DNA from: an uncultured Erysipelotrichaceae bacterium
Lineage (GTDB): Bacteria > Bacillota_I > Bacilli_A > RF39 > UBA660
NCBI GenBank assembly: GCA_902764145.1
Contig: CACWUS010000001.1
Location: 21,678-85,677 of the forward strand
DNA length: 64,000 bases
Direction of reading: 5' to 3'
Each line of letters begins with the position of its first letter. Position 1 is the first letter of the stretch. The notes under the pieces were generated by a model, which was not told the origin of the DNA, ran no database searches, and saw only the letters and a program-made list of their open reading frames with translations. The translations under genes were made by a program, and so were the position numbers. Shown piece after piece: positions 27,679 to 37,825 of this stretch.

Positions 27679-28318
27679 ACTTATACCCCATTCTTCTGAC
27701 TGTTATTATCAAATTTCTATATTCACCTAAATTATTTCTCAACATTTTTATATGAGTATCTATTGTTCTATCATTTCCTATATAATCATAATTCCATACT
27801 TTGTTTAATAATTGCTCCCTAGATAAAGCAATTCCTTTATTATTAATAAAATAAACTAATAAATCATATTCTTTTGGCGTTAGAGTTAGTTCTTTATTTT
27901 TTATATACACACTGTGTCCTAAAAAATCAACCTTTAAATCTTTATAAATAAATATTTTCTCTTCACCTTTGTATCTTTTTGTGACAGCATTAATTCTTGC
28001 CATTAATTCTTTTGGACTGAATGGTTTAACCATATAATCATCAATTTCTAAATCAAAACCAGATAATATATCATATTCTTCACCTCTAGCAGATAAAATA
28101 ATTGTAGGAATGCTACGTTTTTGCTTAATCATTTTATATGCGGTGAATCCATCCATTTTAGGCATCATTACATCCATGACTATTATATCAGCATTTTCTG
28201 CTTTCTTTACAGCTTCAATTCCATTTTCAGCCTCTATTACTTCATAATTGTTTTCTAAACAATATTCTTTTATAACTTCTCTTATTAATTTTTCATCATC
28301 GGCAATCAATACTCTCAC
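27662..28318 (-). CDS. OmpR-family response regulator
   Basis: Receiver domain (VLIADDE, DVMMPKMDG) plus a winged-helix domain (VRRMGYKF). GTG start preceded by GAGGTGA. Confidence 0.9.
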   Translation of the reverse strand: MRVLIADDEKLIREVIKEYCLENNYEVIEAENGIEAVKKAENADIIVMDVMMPKMDGFTAYKMIKQKRSIPTIILSARGEEYDILSGFDLEIDDYMVKPFSPKELMARINAVTKRYKGEEKIFIYKDLKVDFLGHSVYIKNKELTLTPKEYDLLVYFINNKGIALSREQLLNKVWNYDYIGNDRTIDTHIKMLRNNLGEYRNLIITVRRMGYKFETKE

Positions 28319-28383
28319 AATATCACCTCATAATTAATATAATATTTAATTATGAAATTTTAGTGAAAATATATGTATTTTTG

Positions 28384-29187
28384 TTAAAACTCATTAACAT
28401 AGTAATTTGAACAATTAAAACCACTACATTTTATTTCATAAAAATCTACTATTTTTCCATTTTTACTTATTATAACTATAGGATAAACATTGTCATAAAA
28501 ATTGATACTATTTTCTATTTTATTATTTAATTCACTTAAATAATTTATTAATCTATCATTTAAATCATTTGTATCAAAGTAATAGACATCTTCGGTAGTA
28601 GAAATCCATTTTTCCATCACATCCAAAGCAAGAGCACAATCAACACTAGTGCATTTATCACCAATAAAAACTATTTTTGAATAATCATTACTATTTATTA
28701 TTTCTTTTAATTTTGATTCATTAATTCTAATAAATTCTTTAGCCTGTAGTTTATCATTTTTATACTCAACTATACTTTTACCAAAGAATGATTTAAATTC
28801 ATAATTAATAGTTTCATCTAATGAATCAAAAAATTTATTAATCTTATTATCTATTATTATATTTAAACTATTATCATTATTATTTTGTATTTTAATATTT
28901 TTATTACAATCAAGAGCAAGACTATTATTTTTTTTATTAAAGTAATATGAACTACAGTTAGAATAATCATCCTTTGAGGAATTAACTGATAGTTTATTAT
29001 AAATTATGTTATTTTTTTCAATAATTAAAGAATCATAATAACCATTATTATAATTATATTTATACCATATTCTATTATATAATTTTTCATCTATTGTGTT
29101 AGAACTAAATCTAACATACTGAAATATAACAAAGAATATTGCAACTATTATTAAAATCATAGCATTTACTATATTATTATTTTTCAT
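28384..29187 (-). CDS. Membrane-anchored N-rich hypothetical protein
   Basis: 267 aa with an N-terminal TM segment. Several Cys pairs in the C-terminal half. Confidence 0.55.
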   Translation of the reverse strand: MKNNNIVNAMILIIVAIFFVIFQYVRFSSNTIDEKLYNRIWYKYNYNNGYYDSLIIEKNNIIYNKLSVNSSKDDYSNCSSYYFNKKNNSLALDCNKNIKIQNNNDNSLNIIIDNKINKFFDSLDETINYEFKSFFGKSIVEYKNDKLQAKEFIRINESKLKEIINSNDYSKIVFIGDKCTSVDCALALDVMEKWISTTEDVYYFDTNDLNDRLINYLSELNNKIENSINFYDNVYPIVIISKNGKIVDFYEIKCSGFNCSNYYVNEF

Positions 29188-29222
29188 ATTATTATGATAA
29201 CAAAAAAACTATTATTTTTCAA

Positions 29223-29486
29223 TTACTTATTAGTATTAGAGTAATAGTTAAATTCTGTTATCTCTCTAGATACTATATCTAATTCTTCATCTTCACTTTC
29301 TAAAAGTACTTCATCTATTAAATAAATTAATTCATTTATATTACCACATTTTAAAGGATCTATACCATTTCTTAATAAAACTTCTATTTGATAATCAGAT
29401 AAAAAAATTCCTTTTCGTATTTCTTTGTGCATATATTTTTGACTTTGAAGATCTTCAATATTTATTTCTTGATCATTTATTATCAT
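29223..29486 (-). CDS. Hypothetical acidic protein
   Basis: 87-aa ORF, co-oriented and closely spaced with its neighbours. No recognisable domain. Confidence 0.45.
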   Translation of the reverse strand: MIINDQEINIEDLQSQKYMHKEIRKGIFLSDYQIEVLLRNGIDPLKCGNINELIYLIDEVLLESEDEELDIVSREITEFNYYSNTNK

Positions 29487-29513
29487 ATTTCACCTCTAAA
29501 TAAAAAATCACTA

Positions 29514-29714
29514 TTAATCAGTGATTCCATATTTATCTTTGAATTTTTGTACGTTTCCAGTTTTAACTGTTTTAAATTTACCTGTATAAAATGAATGACA
29601 TTTATTACATGACTCTAATTGTATTTCACTTTTTGTTGATCTTACCTCAAATTCATTTCCACAAGCACATTTTACTTTACAAGTTTTTAATTCTGGATGA
29701 ATTCCCTTTTTCAT
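29514..29714 (-). CDS. rpmE: 50S ribosomal protein L31 (Cys-containing type A)
   Basis: MKKGIHPE...CACG...CNKCHSFYTGK. Confidence 0.92.
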   Translation of the reverse strand: MKKGIHPELKTCKVKCACGNEFEVRSTKSEIQLESCNKCHSFYTGKFKTVKTGNVQKFKDKYGITD

Positions 29715-29769
29715 ATTTTTATCCTCCTCGCCATAACTAATTGATAGTTATAGAAATAACTTCATGAGT

Positions 29770-29798
29770 ATTATACATAGTTTTTCTTAATAAATCAA
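29770..29798 (-). promoter_or_regulatory. Promoter of rpmE
   Basis: TTGATT-17 nt-TATAAT on the minus strand. Confidence 0.55.
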
Positions 29799-30274
29799 GT
29801 CCTAAATTCATTTAATATTACATTAATTTTACTTTTATTAATTAATTTTACATCTTTTATTTTATTTGAAATATTACAATAATTAACTATTATTATTTTT
29901 GAAGTTGATATTTTATTTATTTCAGTTATCAACTTGATTAAATAATCTATTTTAAGTCTATTTGCTCTTTTGTTTTCTTTACAAGTATTTTTATTGGCAC
30001 TTATAACTATATAATCTGATGAATATATTAATTTATTCAAGTAAATTTTCTTGTTTTTACTCGTAATATAATCATTATTTTTTATACTATTAATCAATTC
30101 TTTATATGTTATTTTATCATACAAAAAATATTTTATATTATAATTATTATTTATAATTTCTATTTTCTCTTCACCAATTACAAGTATATTTTCCTTCTTG
30201 TTTGGCATAAATCTATAAATTGTTATACAAGTACTTATAGACAATAAAAAAATAACGAGTATTTTTTTCTTCAT
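29795..30274 (-). CDS. Hypothetical exported protein
   Basis: 159 aa with an N-terminal signal/anchor (MKKKILVIFLLSISTC). Confidence 0.5.
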   Translation of the reverse strand: MKKKILVIFLLSISTCITIYRFMPNKKENILVIGEEKIEIINNNYNIKYFLYDKITYKELINSIKNNDYITSKNKKIYLNKLIYSSDYIVISANKNTCKENKRANRLKIDYLIKLITEINKISTSKIIIVNYCNISNKIKDVKLINKSKINVILNEFRT

Positions 30275-30294
30275 GAAAATTCACCTAGTAAATA

Positions 30295-31548
30295 TTACTC
30301 AGTTATTTCTATTTTAGCACCTATATTTTGTAATTTTGTTGTTAAATGACTATATCCTCTTAGTATTACATCACAATTTTCAATTACAGTTGTTCCTTCT
30401 GCAATCAAACCAGCTATCAAAAGAGATGCTCCTCCTCTTAAATCTGTTGCTATTACATTAGTTCCTTTTAACTTTCTTGGACCTTTAATTTCTAATTTGT
30501 TTAAAGTTAAAATATTTGTAATGGCACCCATTCTATTTAAATCATATGTATTTCTAAATCTATTTTCATACAAAGTTTCTTCAACAATAGACTTACCTTT
30601 TGCCTGCGTTAATAGTGTTGTTATAGGTTGTTGCAAATCAGTTGGAAATCCTGGAAAAACAAGTGTTTTCACCTTGACCGCTCTTAAATTTTCACATCTA
30701 GAAATAGTCATAGTATCCCCATCAATAACAAAATCGATTCCTATTTCTTTTAATTTTATTAATAAGGCCTCTATATGTTCTTTAATAATTCCTTTAATTT
30801 TTAAATTATCACCAAGTAGCGCACCAATAATTATATATGTCCCACTTTCTATTCTATCTGGAAATACCTCTATCACAGCATCTGTTGTTTTTCTTGTGCC
30901 AACTATTTCTATTCTTTTTGTTCCAGCACCTCTTACTTCAATTCCCATATTAATTAAAAATGATGCTACATTTACTATTTCAGGTTCCATAGCTGCATTT
31001 TCAATTATAGTTGTTCCTTCTGCACCTGTTGCTGCCAACATTATATTTATTGTTGCCCCTACGCTTGGAAAATCAAAATATATGGTTTTTCCTACTAATT
31101 TTTCTGCTGTTATAGTATATCTGTTTTTAACAATTTCAACCTTCGCACCCAACTCTTCAAAACCTTTAATATGAATGTCAATTGGTCTTGCTCCTATATT
31201 ACATCCACCAGGAAAAGAAATCTCCACTTTACCATACTTTGCAAGCAAAGCACCCATAAAGTAATAAGAAGCTCTCATTTGTACACTAAGTTCTTCAGGA
31301 ATTGGAACATTCTTCATTTTTGAAGAATCTATATATAATGCATCATCTTTTTGTTCAATTTTGCAATTTAGTAATTCCATTATTTCTATTAAATAGCCAA
31401 TATCTTTTATTTCCGGCACATTATAAATTACACTCTTTTTATTAGCTAAAACAGCAGCAGGAAGCAATGCTACTGCACTATTTTTAGCACCACTAATTTT
31501 AACTTCACCAGATAATAGATTTTGACCTTCTATCGTTATTTTTGACAT
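30295..31548 (-). CDS. murA: UDP-N-acetylglucosamine 1-carboxyvinyltransferase
   Basis: Full-length MurA pattern, including the active-site Cys context GGCNIGARPID. Confidence 0.93.
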   Translation of the reverse strand: MSKITIEGQNLLSGEVKISGAKNSAVALLPAAVLANKKSVIYNVPEIKDIGYLIEIMELLNCKIEQKDDALYIDSSKMKNVPIPEELSVQMRASYYFMGALLAKYGKVEISFPGGCNIGARPIDIHIKGFEELGAKVEIVKNRYTITAEKLVGKTIYFDFPSVGATINIMLAATGAEGTTIIENAAMEPEIVNVASFLINMGIEVRGAGTKRIEIVGTRKTTDAVIEVFPDRIESGTYIIIGALLGDNLKIKGIIKEHIEALLIKLKEIGIDFVIDGDTMTISRCENLRAVKVKTLVFPGFPTDLQQPITTLLTQAKGKSIVEETLYENRFRNTYDLNRMGAITNILTLNKLEIKGPRKLKGTNVIATDLRGGASLLIAGLIAEGTTVIENCDVILRGYSHLTTKLQNIGAKIEITE

Positions 31549-31638
31549 AATTCACCTAAAAAGCCTTTCTAATTATAATATACTATTAAAAGTTATAATA
31601 ATCAATGAATTATGTGTTTTTTAGATATTATTTTTACA

Positions 31639-32148
31639 TTAAAATATTTTTTTAATTACTTCTATTATTCTTATATTATATTTACTATTTTCATCTTTAT
31701 TTTCGTAATCTAATAGACATAAAGAAGGATATAATATGCAAAAATAATTGTTTCCTTTACCTTCACCTATTTCAATAACTAAAGACTTATATAATCCCTC
31801 TTCATATTTTTTTCCTTTGTAATATTTTTGCGGTATTTTGTTTAATCCATATGATATATTAAAACTTTTATCATAATTATTTGACTCAAATAGATTATTA
31901 ATTTTATCTTCTATTTTTTTTAAATTATCATATATATTTTTTTCTGTTTCATCTGAACTGTTTGTTTTAGTAAACAATATGCTCGATAATTCAGTAACTA
32001 CTTTTTCTTTCATAGCAATATCTTCAATAGAATTACTATTTGCGACTACTCTAAATCTTATTGAGTCCTCAGTAATATTATATTCATTATTAACAATTAG
32101 GTACATTAGCACAATTATACTTAAGAAAATTATTATTTTTTTCATCAT
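31639..32148 (-). CDS. spoIIR: Stage II sporulation protein R-like
   Basis: IRFRVVANSNSIEDIAMKEKV and GEGKGNNYFCILYPSLC match SpoIIR hallmarks. Confidence 0.75.
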   Translation of the reverse strand: MMKKIIIFLSIIVLMYLIVNNEYNITEDSIRFRVVANSNSIEDIAMKEKVVTELSSILFTKTNSSDETEKNIYDNLKKIEDKINNLFESNNYDKSFNISYGLNKIPQKYYKGKKYEEGLYKSLVIEIGEGKGNNYFCILYPSLCLLDYENKDENSKYNIRIIEVIKKIF

Positions 32149-32191
32149 AAAACCAACCTTTCAATTTAATAATGGTTGGTTTATCAATTTA

Positions 32192-32932
32192 TTATTCATT
32201 TTTAATAAAGACATATCGATCTTTTCCAGAATAGTCCTTTTCTATAGTTATTTCTACATTCTTTAAATATTTATTAATAATCTTTTTTATACTTTCTGCC
32301 TGTTTATATCCTATTTCAAATGCAATTAAATATTTTGAATTCAAATTATTCTTAATGTTTTTTAGTATTTCTTCATAATAATATAATCCATTATTATCAG
32401 CATATAGTGCTAGGTGTGGTTCATATAATTTAACACATTCCATTATTTCCTCATCATAAGAAATGTATGGTGGATTACTAATAATTAAGTCAAATTTTTC
32501 ACTTAATCCATCTAACATATTATTTTTTACAAAATTAATATTTATTTTATTTTCAATTGCATTTTTTTGAGCCAGTTCTAAAGCTTTATCAGAAATATCA
32601 ATTGCCATTACATCACTATCTATTTGTTTTTTTAGAGCTATAGCAATAGATCCACTACCAGTACCTAAATCCAATATTTTAATTTTTTTATTAAATAATT
32701 TTTTAGAATAATTAATTGTTTTTTCCACTAACAATTCCGTTTCATATCGAGGTATTAGTACATTTTCATTAACATTTATTTTATAACCATAAAAATTAAC
32801 ATACCCAATCAAGTATTGAATTGGGTATTTATTTAATAATTTATTATAATCGTTTTCTATATCTTTACTTACTTTTAATAATTCATTTATTTCAGTATCA
32901 GATATTCCTAATTTTAATAACTTATCCTTCAT
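32192..32932 (-). CDS. prmC: Release-factor glutamine methyltransferase
   Basis: Contains DLGTGSG and NPPY. Overlaps prfA by 11 nt. Confidence 0.88.
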   Translation of the reverse strand: MKDKLLKLGISDTEINELLKVSKDIENDYNKLLNKYPIQYLIGYVNFYGYKINVNENVLIPRYETELLVEKTINYSKKLFNKKIKILDLGTGSGSIAIALKKQIDSDVMAIDISDKALELAQKNAIENKININFVKNNMLDGLSEKFDLIISNPPYISYDEEIMECVKLYEPHLALYADNNGLYYYEEILKNIKNNLNSKYLIAFEIGYKQAESIKKIINKYLKNVEITIEKDYSGKDRYVFIKNE

Positions 32933-33983
32933 GTTCCTCTAAACGCATTCTTTCATCTTCGGCAATTAAAGCTTCTATTAAGTCTTCTAAATCACCTTCC
33001 ATAATTTTATCTAAATGCATTACTGTATAATTAATTCTATGATCAGTTAACCTATTTTGTGGATAATTATATGTTCTGATTTTTTCAGATCTGTCTCCTG
33101 TACCAATTTTGCTTCTTCTTTCATTACCAAGTTTTTCATCTTGTTCTCTTTGCTTTAAATCATATAATCTTGTTTTTAATATTTGTAAAGCTCTTTCTTT
33201 ATTTTTTATTTGACTTCTCTCAACTTGACAATAAACAACAATATTTGTAGGTATATGTGTTACTCTAACTGCTGAATCTGTTGTATTAACACATTGTCCA
33301 CCAGCTCCACTACTTCTTGTGATATCTATTCTAATATCACTATCTTTTATTTCAATATCTATTTCTTCCACTTCAGGCATTACAAGAACTGTCGCTGTAG
33401 ATGTATGAACTCTACCAGCAGATTCAGTCTCTGGTACTCTTTGAACTCTATGAGCACCACTTTCATATTTAAGTTTAGAATAAACTGCTTCACCACTTAA
33501 CATGAATTCTATTTGTGCATATCCTCCACTTTCACCTTCTACTGAATGAGTTACTTCAAGTTTCCATCCTTGCTTTTCAGCATATTTAGAATACATTCTA
33601 AATAAATCTCCAGCAAAAATATTTGCCTCATCTCCACCTGCAGCTCCTCTTATTTCCATAATTACATTTTTTTCATCATTTGGATCTTTTGGTAAAAGCA
33701 TTATTTTTAATTTATTTTCTAAATCTTCTTTTTCATTATGCAAGTTATCTAATTCTTCTAATGCAAAATCTTTCATATCTGGATCTTTAGACATCTCTTT
33801 AGCTGCTTCAATATCATCTAAAACTGTTTTATATCTCTTATAAGTTAAAACCGTTTTTTCTATAGAATTCTTTTCTTTAGAAATTTCTTGCATTTTTTTA
33901 TAATCTTCATATACTTCTGGCTTTAATAATTCTTCTGTTAATATATTATATCTTTCCTCAACAATTTCTAATCTTTCTTTCAT
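32922..33983 (-). CDS. prfA: Peptide chain release factor 1
   Basis: GGQ motif (SGAGGQCVNTT) and RVPETES (PxT). Confidence 0.95.
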   Translation of the reverse strand: MKERLEIVEERYNILTEELLKPEVYEDYKKMQEISKEKNSIEKTVLTYKRYKTVLDDIEAAKEMSKDPDMKDFALEELDNLHNEKEDLENKLKIMLLPKDPNDEKNVIMEIRGAAGGDEANIFAGDLFRMYSKYAEKQGWKLEVTHSVEGESGGYAQIEFMLSGEAVYSKLKYESGAHRVQRVPETESAGRVHTSTATVLVMPEVEEIDIEIKDSDIRIDITRSSGAGGQCVNTTDSAVRVTHIPTNIVVYCQVERSQIKNKERALQILKTRLYDLKQREQDEKLGNERRSKIGTGDRSEKIRTYNYPQNRLTDHRINYTVMHLDKIMEGDLEDLIEALIAEDERMRLEEHEG

Positions 33984-34022
33984 ATTTCCTTCCTTTCATA
34001 TTTATAATATTAAAGAAGTAAT

Positions 34023-34463
34023 CTACATATCTATATCGTCTTCATATCCTTCATCTACTATGACTAGATCTTTTAAATCATCTTCTTCCTTATCATCATC
34101 CATTTCATCTAGTTCATCATAATAATCACTTTCATCTTCATCTTTGTCTATATCTTCTTCAGGTAATACTTCATCATCTAATTCATCTTCTATTTCTTTT
34201 ATACTTATTTCTGCAGTATGATTTTCTCTTAAATCCCAATACCCTTTTTCTAGTTGTATAAATCTTTTTTCAGTAGCAAGTAATGCAAAGAAGTCTCCTA
34301 TTTGATTTTCAAAAGCACCTTCTCCTAGATTTAATGTATCACATATTATTTTAAATATATCATTAATTTTCATCTTTTTACCTTTTTCTTTTAAAATAAT
34401 ATATGCAATATCATCAAAAGGTAATGTTTCTAGTTCATCAATACTTATTGTTTTAAATTTCAT
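34023..34463 (-). CDS. rpoE: DNA-directed RNA polymerase delta subunit
   Basis: N-terminal HARE-HTH-like domain followed by a long D/E-rich tail. GAGGAGG RBS. Confidence 0.8.
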   Translation of the reverse strand: MKFKTISIDELETLPFDDIAYIILKEKGKKMKINDIFKIICDTLNLGEGAFENQIGDFFALLATEKRFIQLEKGYWDLRENHTAEISIKEIEDELDDEVLPEEDIDKDEDESDYYDELDEMDDDKEEDDLKDLVIVDEGYEDDIDM

Positions 34464-34580
34464 TTTTTGTAGGCCTCCTCAAGACTAGTGTCTTCTTCCA
34501 TTAAAATTATACTTATTTTTTATAATAAATCAAGTATTTTTTGTATATTTAATTACATAATAATAATAGGTGAATTTTAG

Positions 34581-36503
34581 GTGAAAAAATTTATATTTTT
34601 AGTTAAATTGATAATATTATTATTTTTTATAATTACTATTTTTTGTCTTTCTTTATATGTATATGCTTATATAACACCAAAGTTTAATATAAATGTATCA
34701 GATAGTATTACATATTATGATAAATATGGTAATAATATATTTGATAAAAATAATAATTATGTAAAACTAAATGAAATAAATGATAATGTTAAAAATGCAA
34801 TAATATCAATAGAAGATAAAAATTTTTATTCTCATAATGGATTTGATATTTTAAGAATAATAAAAGCAATAATTATAAACCTTACAAGCAGAGAAATCAA
34901 ACAAGGAGCATCAACTATATCTCAGCAATATGTCAAAAATTTGTATTTATCCTTTGATAAAACATGGAAAAGAAAAATAGAGGAAGCTTTAATTACTATT
35001 GAATTAGAAACTCATTATTCAAAAGATGAAATATTAGAAGGATATTTAAATACTATTGATTTTGGTGCTGGTAATTATGGTATAAAAAGTGCGAGTAATT
35101 ATTATTTTAATAAAGAACCAATTGATTTAACTATAGAAGAAGCTAGTATACTTGTTGGAATTCCAAAAAGTCCTAACTATTATAATCCTATTACAAACTA
35201 TGATAAATCTAAAAAGCGACAAATGGATGTCTTAAAAAGTATGTATAAAAATAATTATATTACTAAAGAAGATATAGAAAAAATATACAATAAAAAACTA
35301 AATTTCTATGGAAAATACAAGAAATCAGAATTATCTAGCATATATTATTATAGAGATGCTGTATTAGATGAAATGTCAACTATCAAGGAAATTCCAAATT
35401 CATTAATAAATTTAGATGAATTAAAAATATACACAAATTTAGATGTTGATGTACAAAAACTCTTGGATAATAATATTACTAAAGAAATGAAAAATACAAC
35501 AATGCAAGTTGCTTCTTTAGTAATAGAGTCAAAAACAGGTAAAATAATTTCTCTAATTGGTGGAAAAGATTATTCAATTTCTCAATTTAATAGGGCAACT
35601 AAATCAAAAAGGCAAGTTGGTTCAACAATTAAACCATTTTTGTATTATACAGCACTAGAAAATGGTTTTACACCTTCTTCTACCTTTCTAAGTGAAAGGA
35701 CTACTTTTAATCTTGGGGATGAAACATATTCACCTAAAAATGCTAATAACATATATGCAAATAGAAATATTTCAATGTTAAGTGCAATAGCTTATTCTGA
35801 TAATATTTATGCTCTTAAAACACATCTTTTTTTAGGTACTGATATGCTAGGTAAAACAATTGAAAGAGTAAAAATAAAAGAAAAAGTAAATAACAATGCT
35901 TCTTCAGCCCTTGGTACAACAGAAATAAATATTATTGATTACAGTAATGGTTTTATTACATTAGCAAATGAAGGAAAACATGAACAACCTCATATAATAG
36001 AAAAAATAACTGATAGTAATAATAATATTTTATATGAATATAAATATAAAAATGATTATATATTAAACAAAAAATATGTCTATATACTAAACAATCTTTT
36101 AACTTCAACTTATGATTACAAATTAGTTAATTATACATCACCAACACTAATTAGTATTTCAAATTTGCTAGATAGCAAATATGCAGTTAAAAGCGGTAGT
36201 ACAAAAAGTGACTATTGGACTATTGGTTATAACAATGATTATCTAGTAATGGTATGGAATGGAAATGATAAAAATGAAGAAGTAAAACCATCAGAATCAA
36301 AAATACCAAAAAAAATATGGGCAAATACTATAGTAAATATTAAAGAAAACAAAAAAGGCTGGTATGATATTCCTAAAGGAATAACTATTGATGAAATAGA
36401 TACAATTAATGGAAATTCTAAGTATAAAGGATACGTTTGTTTTTATGAAAAAGGTACAGAACCAAGTTATGATTATGATTTTGAATTTTTTAATAATTTT
36501 TGA
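34581..36503 (+). CDS. Class A penicillin-binding protein (glycosyltransferase + transpeptidase)
   Basis: GT51 motif EDKNFYSHNGFD plus STIKP and KSGST. GTG start preceded by AGGTGA. Confidence 0.88.
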   Translation: MKKFIFLVKLIILLFFIITIFCLSLYVYAYITPKFNINVSDSITYYDKYGNNIFDKNNNYVKLNEINDNVKNAIISIEDKNFYSHNGFDILRIIKAIIINLTSREIKQGASTISQQYVKNLYLSFDKTWKRKIEEALITIELETHYSKDEILEGYLNTIDFGAGNYGIKSASNYYFNKEPIDLTIEEASILVGIPKSPNYYNPITNYDKSKKRQMDVLKSMYKNNYITKEDIEKIYNKKLNFYGKYKKSELSSIYYYRDAVLDEMSTIKEIPNSLINLDELKIYTNLDVDVQKLLDNNITKEMKNTTMQVASLVIESKTGKIISLIGGKDYSISQFNRATKSKRQVGSTIKPFLYYTALENGFTPSSTFLSERTTFNLGDETYSPKNANNIYANRNISMLSAIAYSDNIYALKTHLFLGTDMLGKTIERVKIKEKVNNNASSALGTTEINIIDYSNGFITLANEGKHEQPHIIEKITDSNNNILYEYKYKNDYILNKKYVYILNNLLTSTYDYKLVNYTSPTLISISNLLDSKYAVKSGSTKSDYWTIGYNNDYLVMVWNGNDKNEEVKPSESKIPKKIWANTIVNIKENKKGWYDIPKGITIDEIDTINGNSKYKGYVCFYEKGTEPSYDYDFEFFNNF

Positions 36504-36504
36504 C

Positions 36505-36535
36505 AAAAAAAATCTACATAATTTGTAGATTTTTT
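36505..36535. terminator. Bidirectional intrinsic terminator
   Basis: AAAAAAA-ATCTACA-taatt-TGTAGAT-TTTTT. Confidence 0.7.
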
Positions 36536-36539
36536 ATTT

Positions 36540-37736
36540 TTATTCTTCTATTTTTGTTCCACAATTACCACAAAATTTTCCAGTAACCATTTCATGACAA
36601 TTAGGGCACTCTTTTCCTTCTGTAGGAGCAGGTTCACTTTCTTCTATTTTTTCTTTTACTTCTTCTTTGTTAGGTTTTACTACTCCACCAAATATACTTC
36701 CCATTTCTGGTTGTTGATTTTGTGGATTATATAATCCTTCTCCATTATTTCCTTGATTAACAGCATTCATCATATTACCAGCTGCTTGTCCTGCCATATT
36801 CATTCCCATGAATCCCATCATTGCACCATTTGCATTTGATGCTGCATTTCTCATAGCATCAGCTGAAGCAGAAGCCATTAAACCAGATTGTAAGCTTTGA
36901 TTAGAGAAAATAGTAGCTTCATCAATCTTATTAACTTTAGCCATAGACTCATCAGTAAGATTAATATCTCCTATTGCAACATCTGTGATTTCTAAGCCAT
37001 AATTTTGTCTCCATGATTCATCTAAACATGTATTCATTTCATTAGAAATATCTCCATTATATAAACCAATATCTCCAAATGAAACTTTATTTTTTCTCAT
37101 AACAACAGAGATTGCTTGAGTTACTTGTTCTACAAATTTATTTTGTAATTGTGTACCAATTATTTCTTCATAAGTTACAGTATCAGCTGGATGTGCACCA
37201 ATTACATTATTAACTAGTAAAATTGGATCTACAACTCTAAATGCATATTCTCCAAAAAAAGTTACTTCCAACATTCCATATTTTTCATCTGTAATTTTTT
37301 TTGGTTGTGGTGAACCAAATTTATTACCAGTAATAGTCAATAAATTAACATAGTAAACTCTTTGATCTTTAGCAGTTTGACCACCATAAGTAAAACGTTT
37401 ACCTATTGTTTTGAAAGTATCTATGATTCCTTTTCCTAAACCACCTGTAAAAATACTTGGTTCACTACTTGTATCATAATAAAATGTACCAGCATCAGCA
37501 GTAAATTCTTTAATTTCACCATTGTCTATAATCATCATAGCCATTCCTTGTGGAACAACAATAGTACTTCCATTAGATATTACTCCTTCAGATGGATTTT
37601 TGTTTCCCTCTCCATGATTAACAATTCCTCTTTGAATAAGAACATTTTTTGCAATTGCTGGGCAATTTACAAATTCTTTAAATTGATCACCAAGAGCTGT
37701 AGTTGTAGCATTAGATAATGCTTTAATTAATCCCAT
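36540..37736 (-). CDS. YdjI-like SPFH-domain protein with a C-terminal zinc ribbon
   Basis: Overall resemblance to B. subtilis YdjI. M/N/G-rich linker, then CPNC...CGNCG. Confidence 0.75.
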   Translation of the reverse strand: MGLIKALSNATTTALGDQFKEFVNCPAIAKNVLIQRGIVNHGEGNKNPSEGVISNGSTIVVPQGMAMMIIDNGEIKEFTADAGTFYYDTSSEPSIFTGGLGKGIIDTFKTIGKRFTYGGQTAKDQRVYYVNLLTITGNKFGSPQPKKITDEKYGMLEVTFFGEYAFRVVDPILLVNNVIGAHPADTVTYEEIIGTQLQNKFVEQVTQAISVVMRKNKVSFGDIGLYNGDISNEMNTCLDESWRQNYGLEITDVAIGDINLTDESMAKVNKIDEATIFSNQSLQSGLMASASADAMRNAASNANGAMMGFMGMNMAGQAAGNMMNAVNQGNNGEGLYNPQNQQPEMGSIFGGVVKPNKEEVKEKIEESEPAPTEGKECPNCHEMVTGKFCGNCGTKIEE

Positions 37737-37825
37737 AAATCATACCTCTTTTCTTTATACTAAATTTAGTATAACATATTTTTAAATCTAATAAAATATT
37801 TTTTATAATTTATGAGAAAAGAATG

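Noticed and set aside
30497-31174. 225-aa plus-strand ORF
   Set aside because: It is antisense to the unambiguous murA gene. Long antisense ORFs are expected in this composition, and no motif or RBS was seen.
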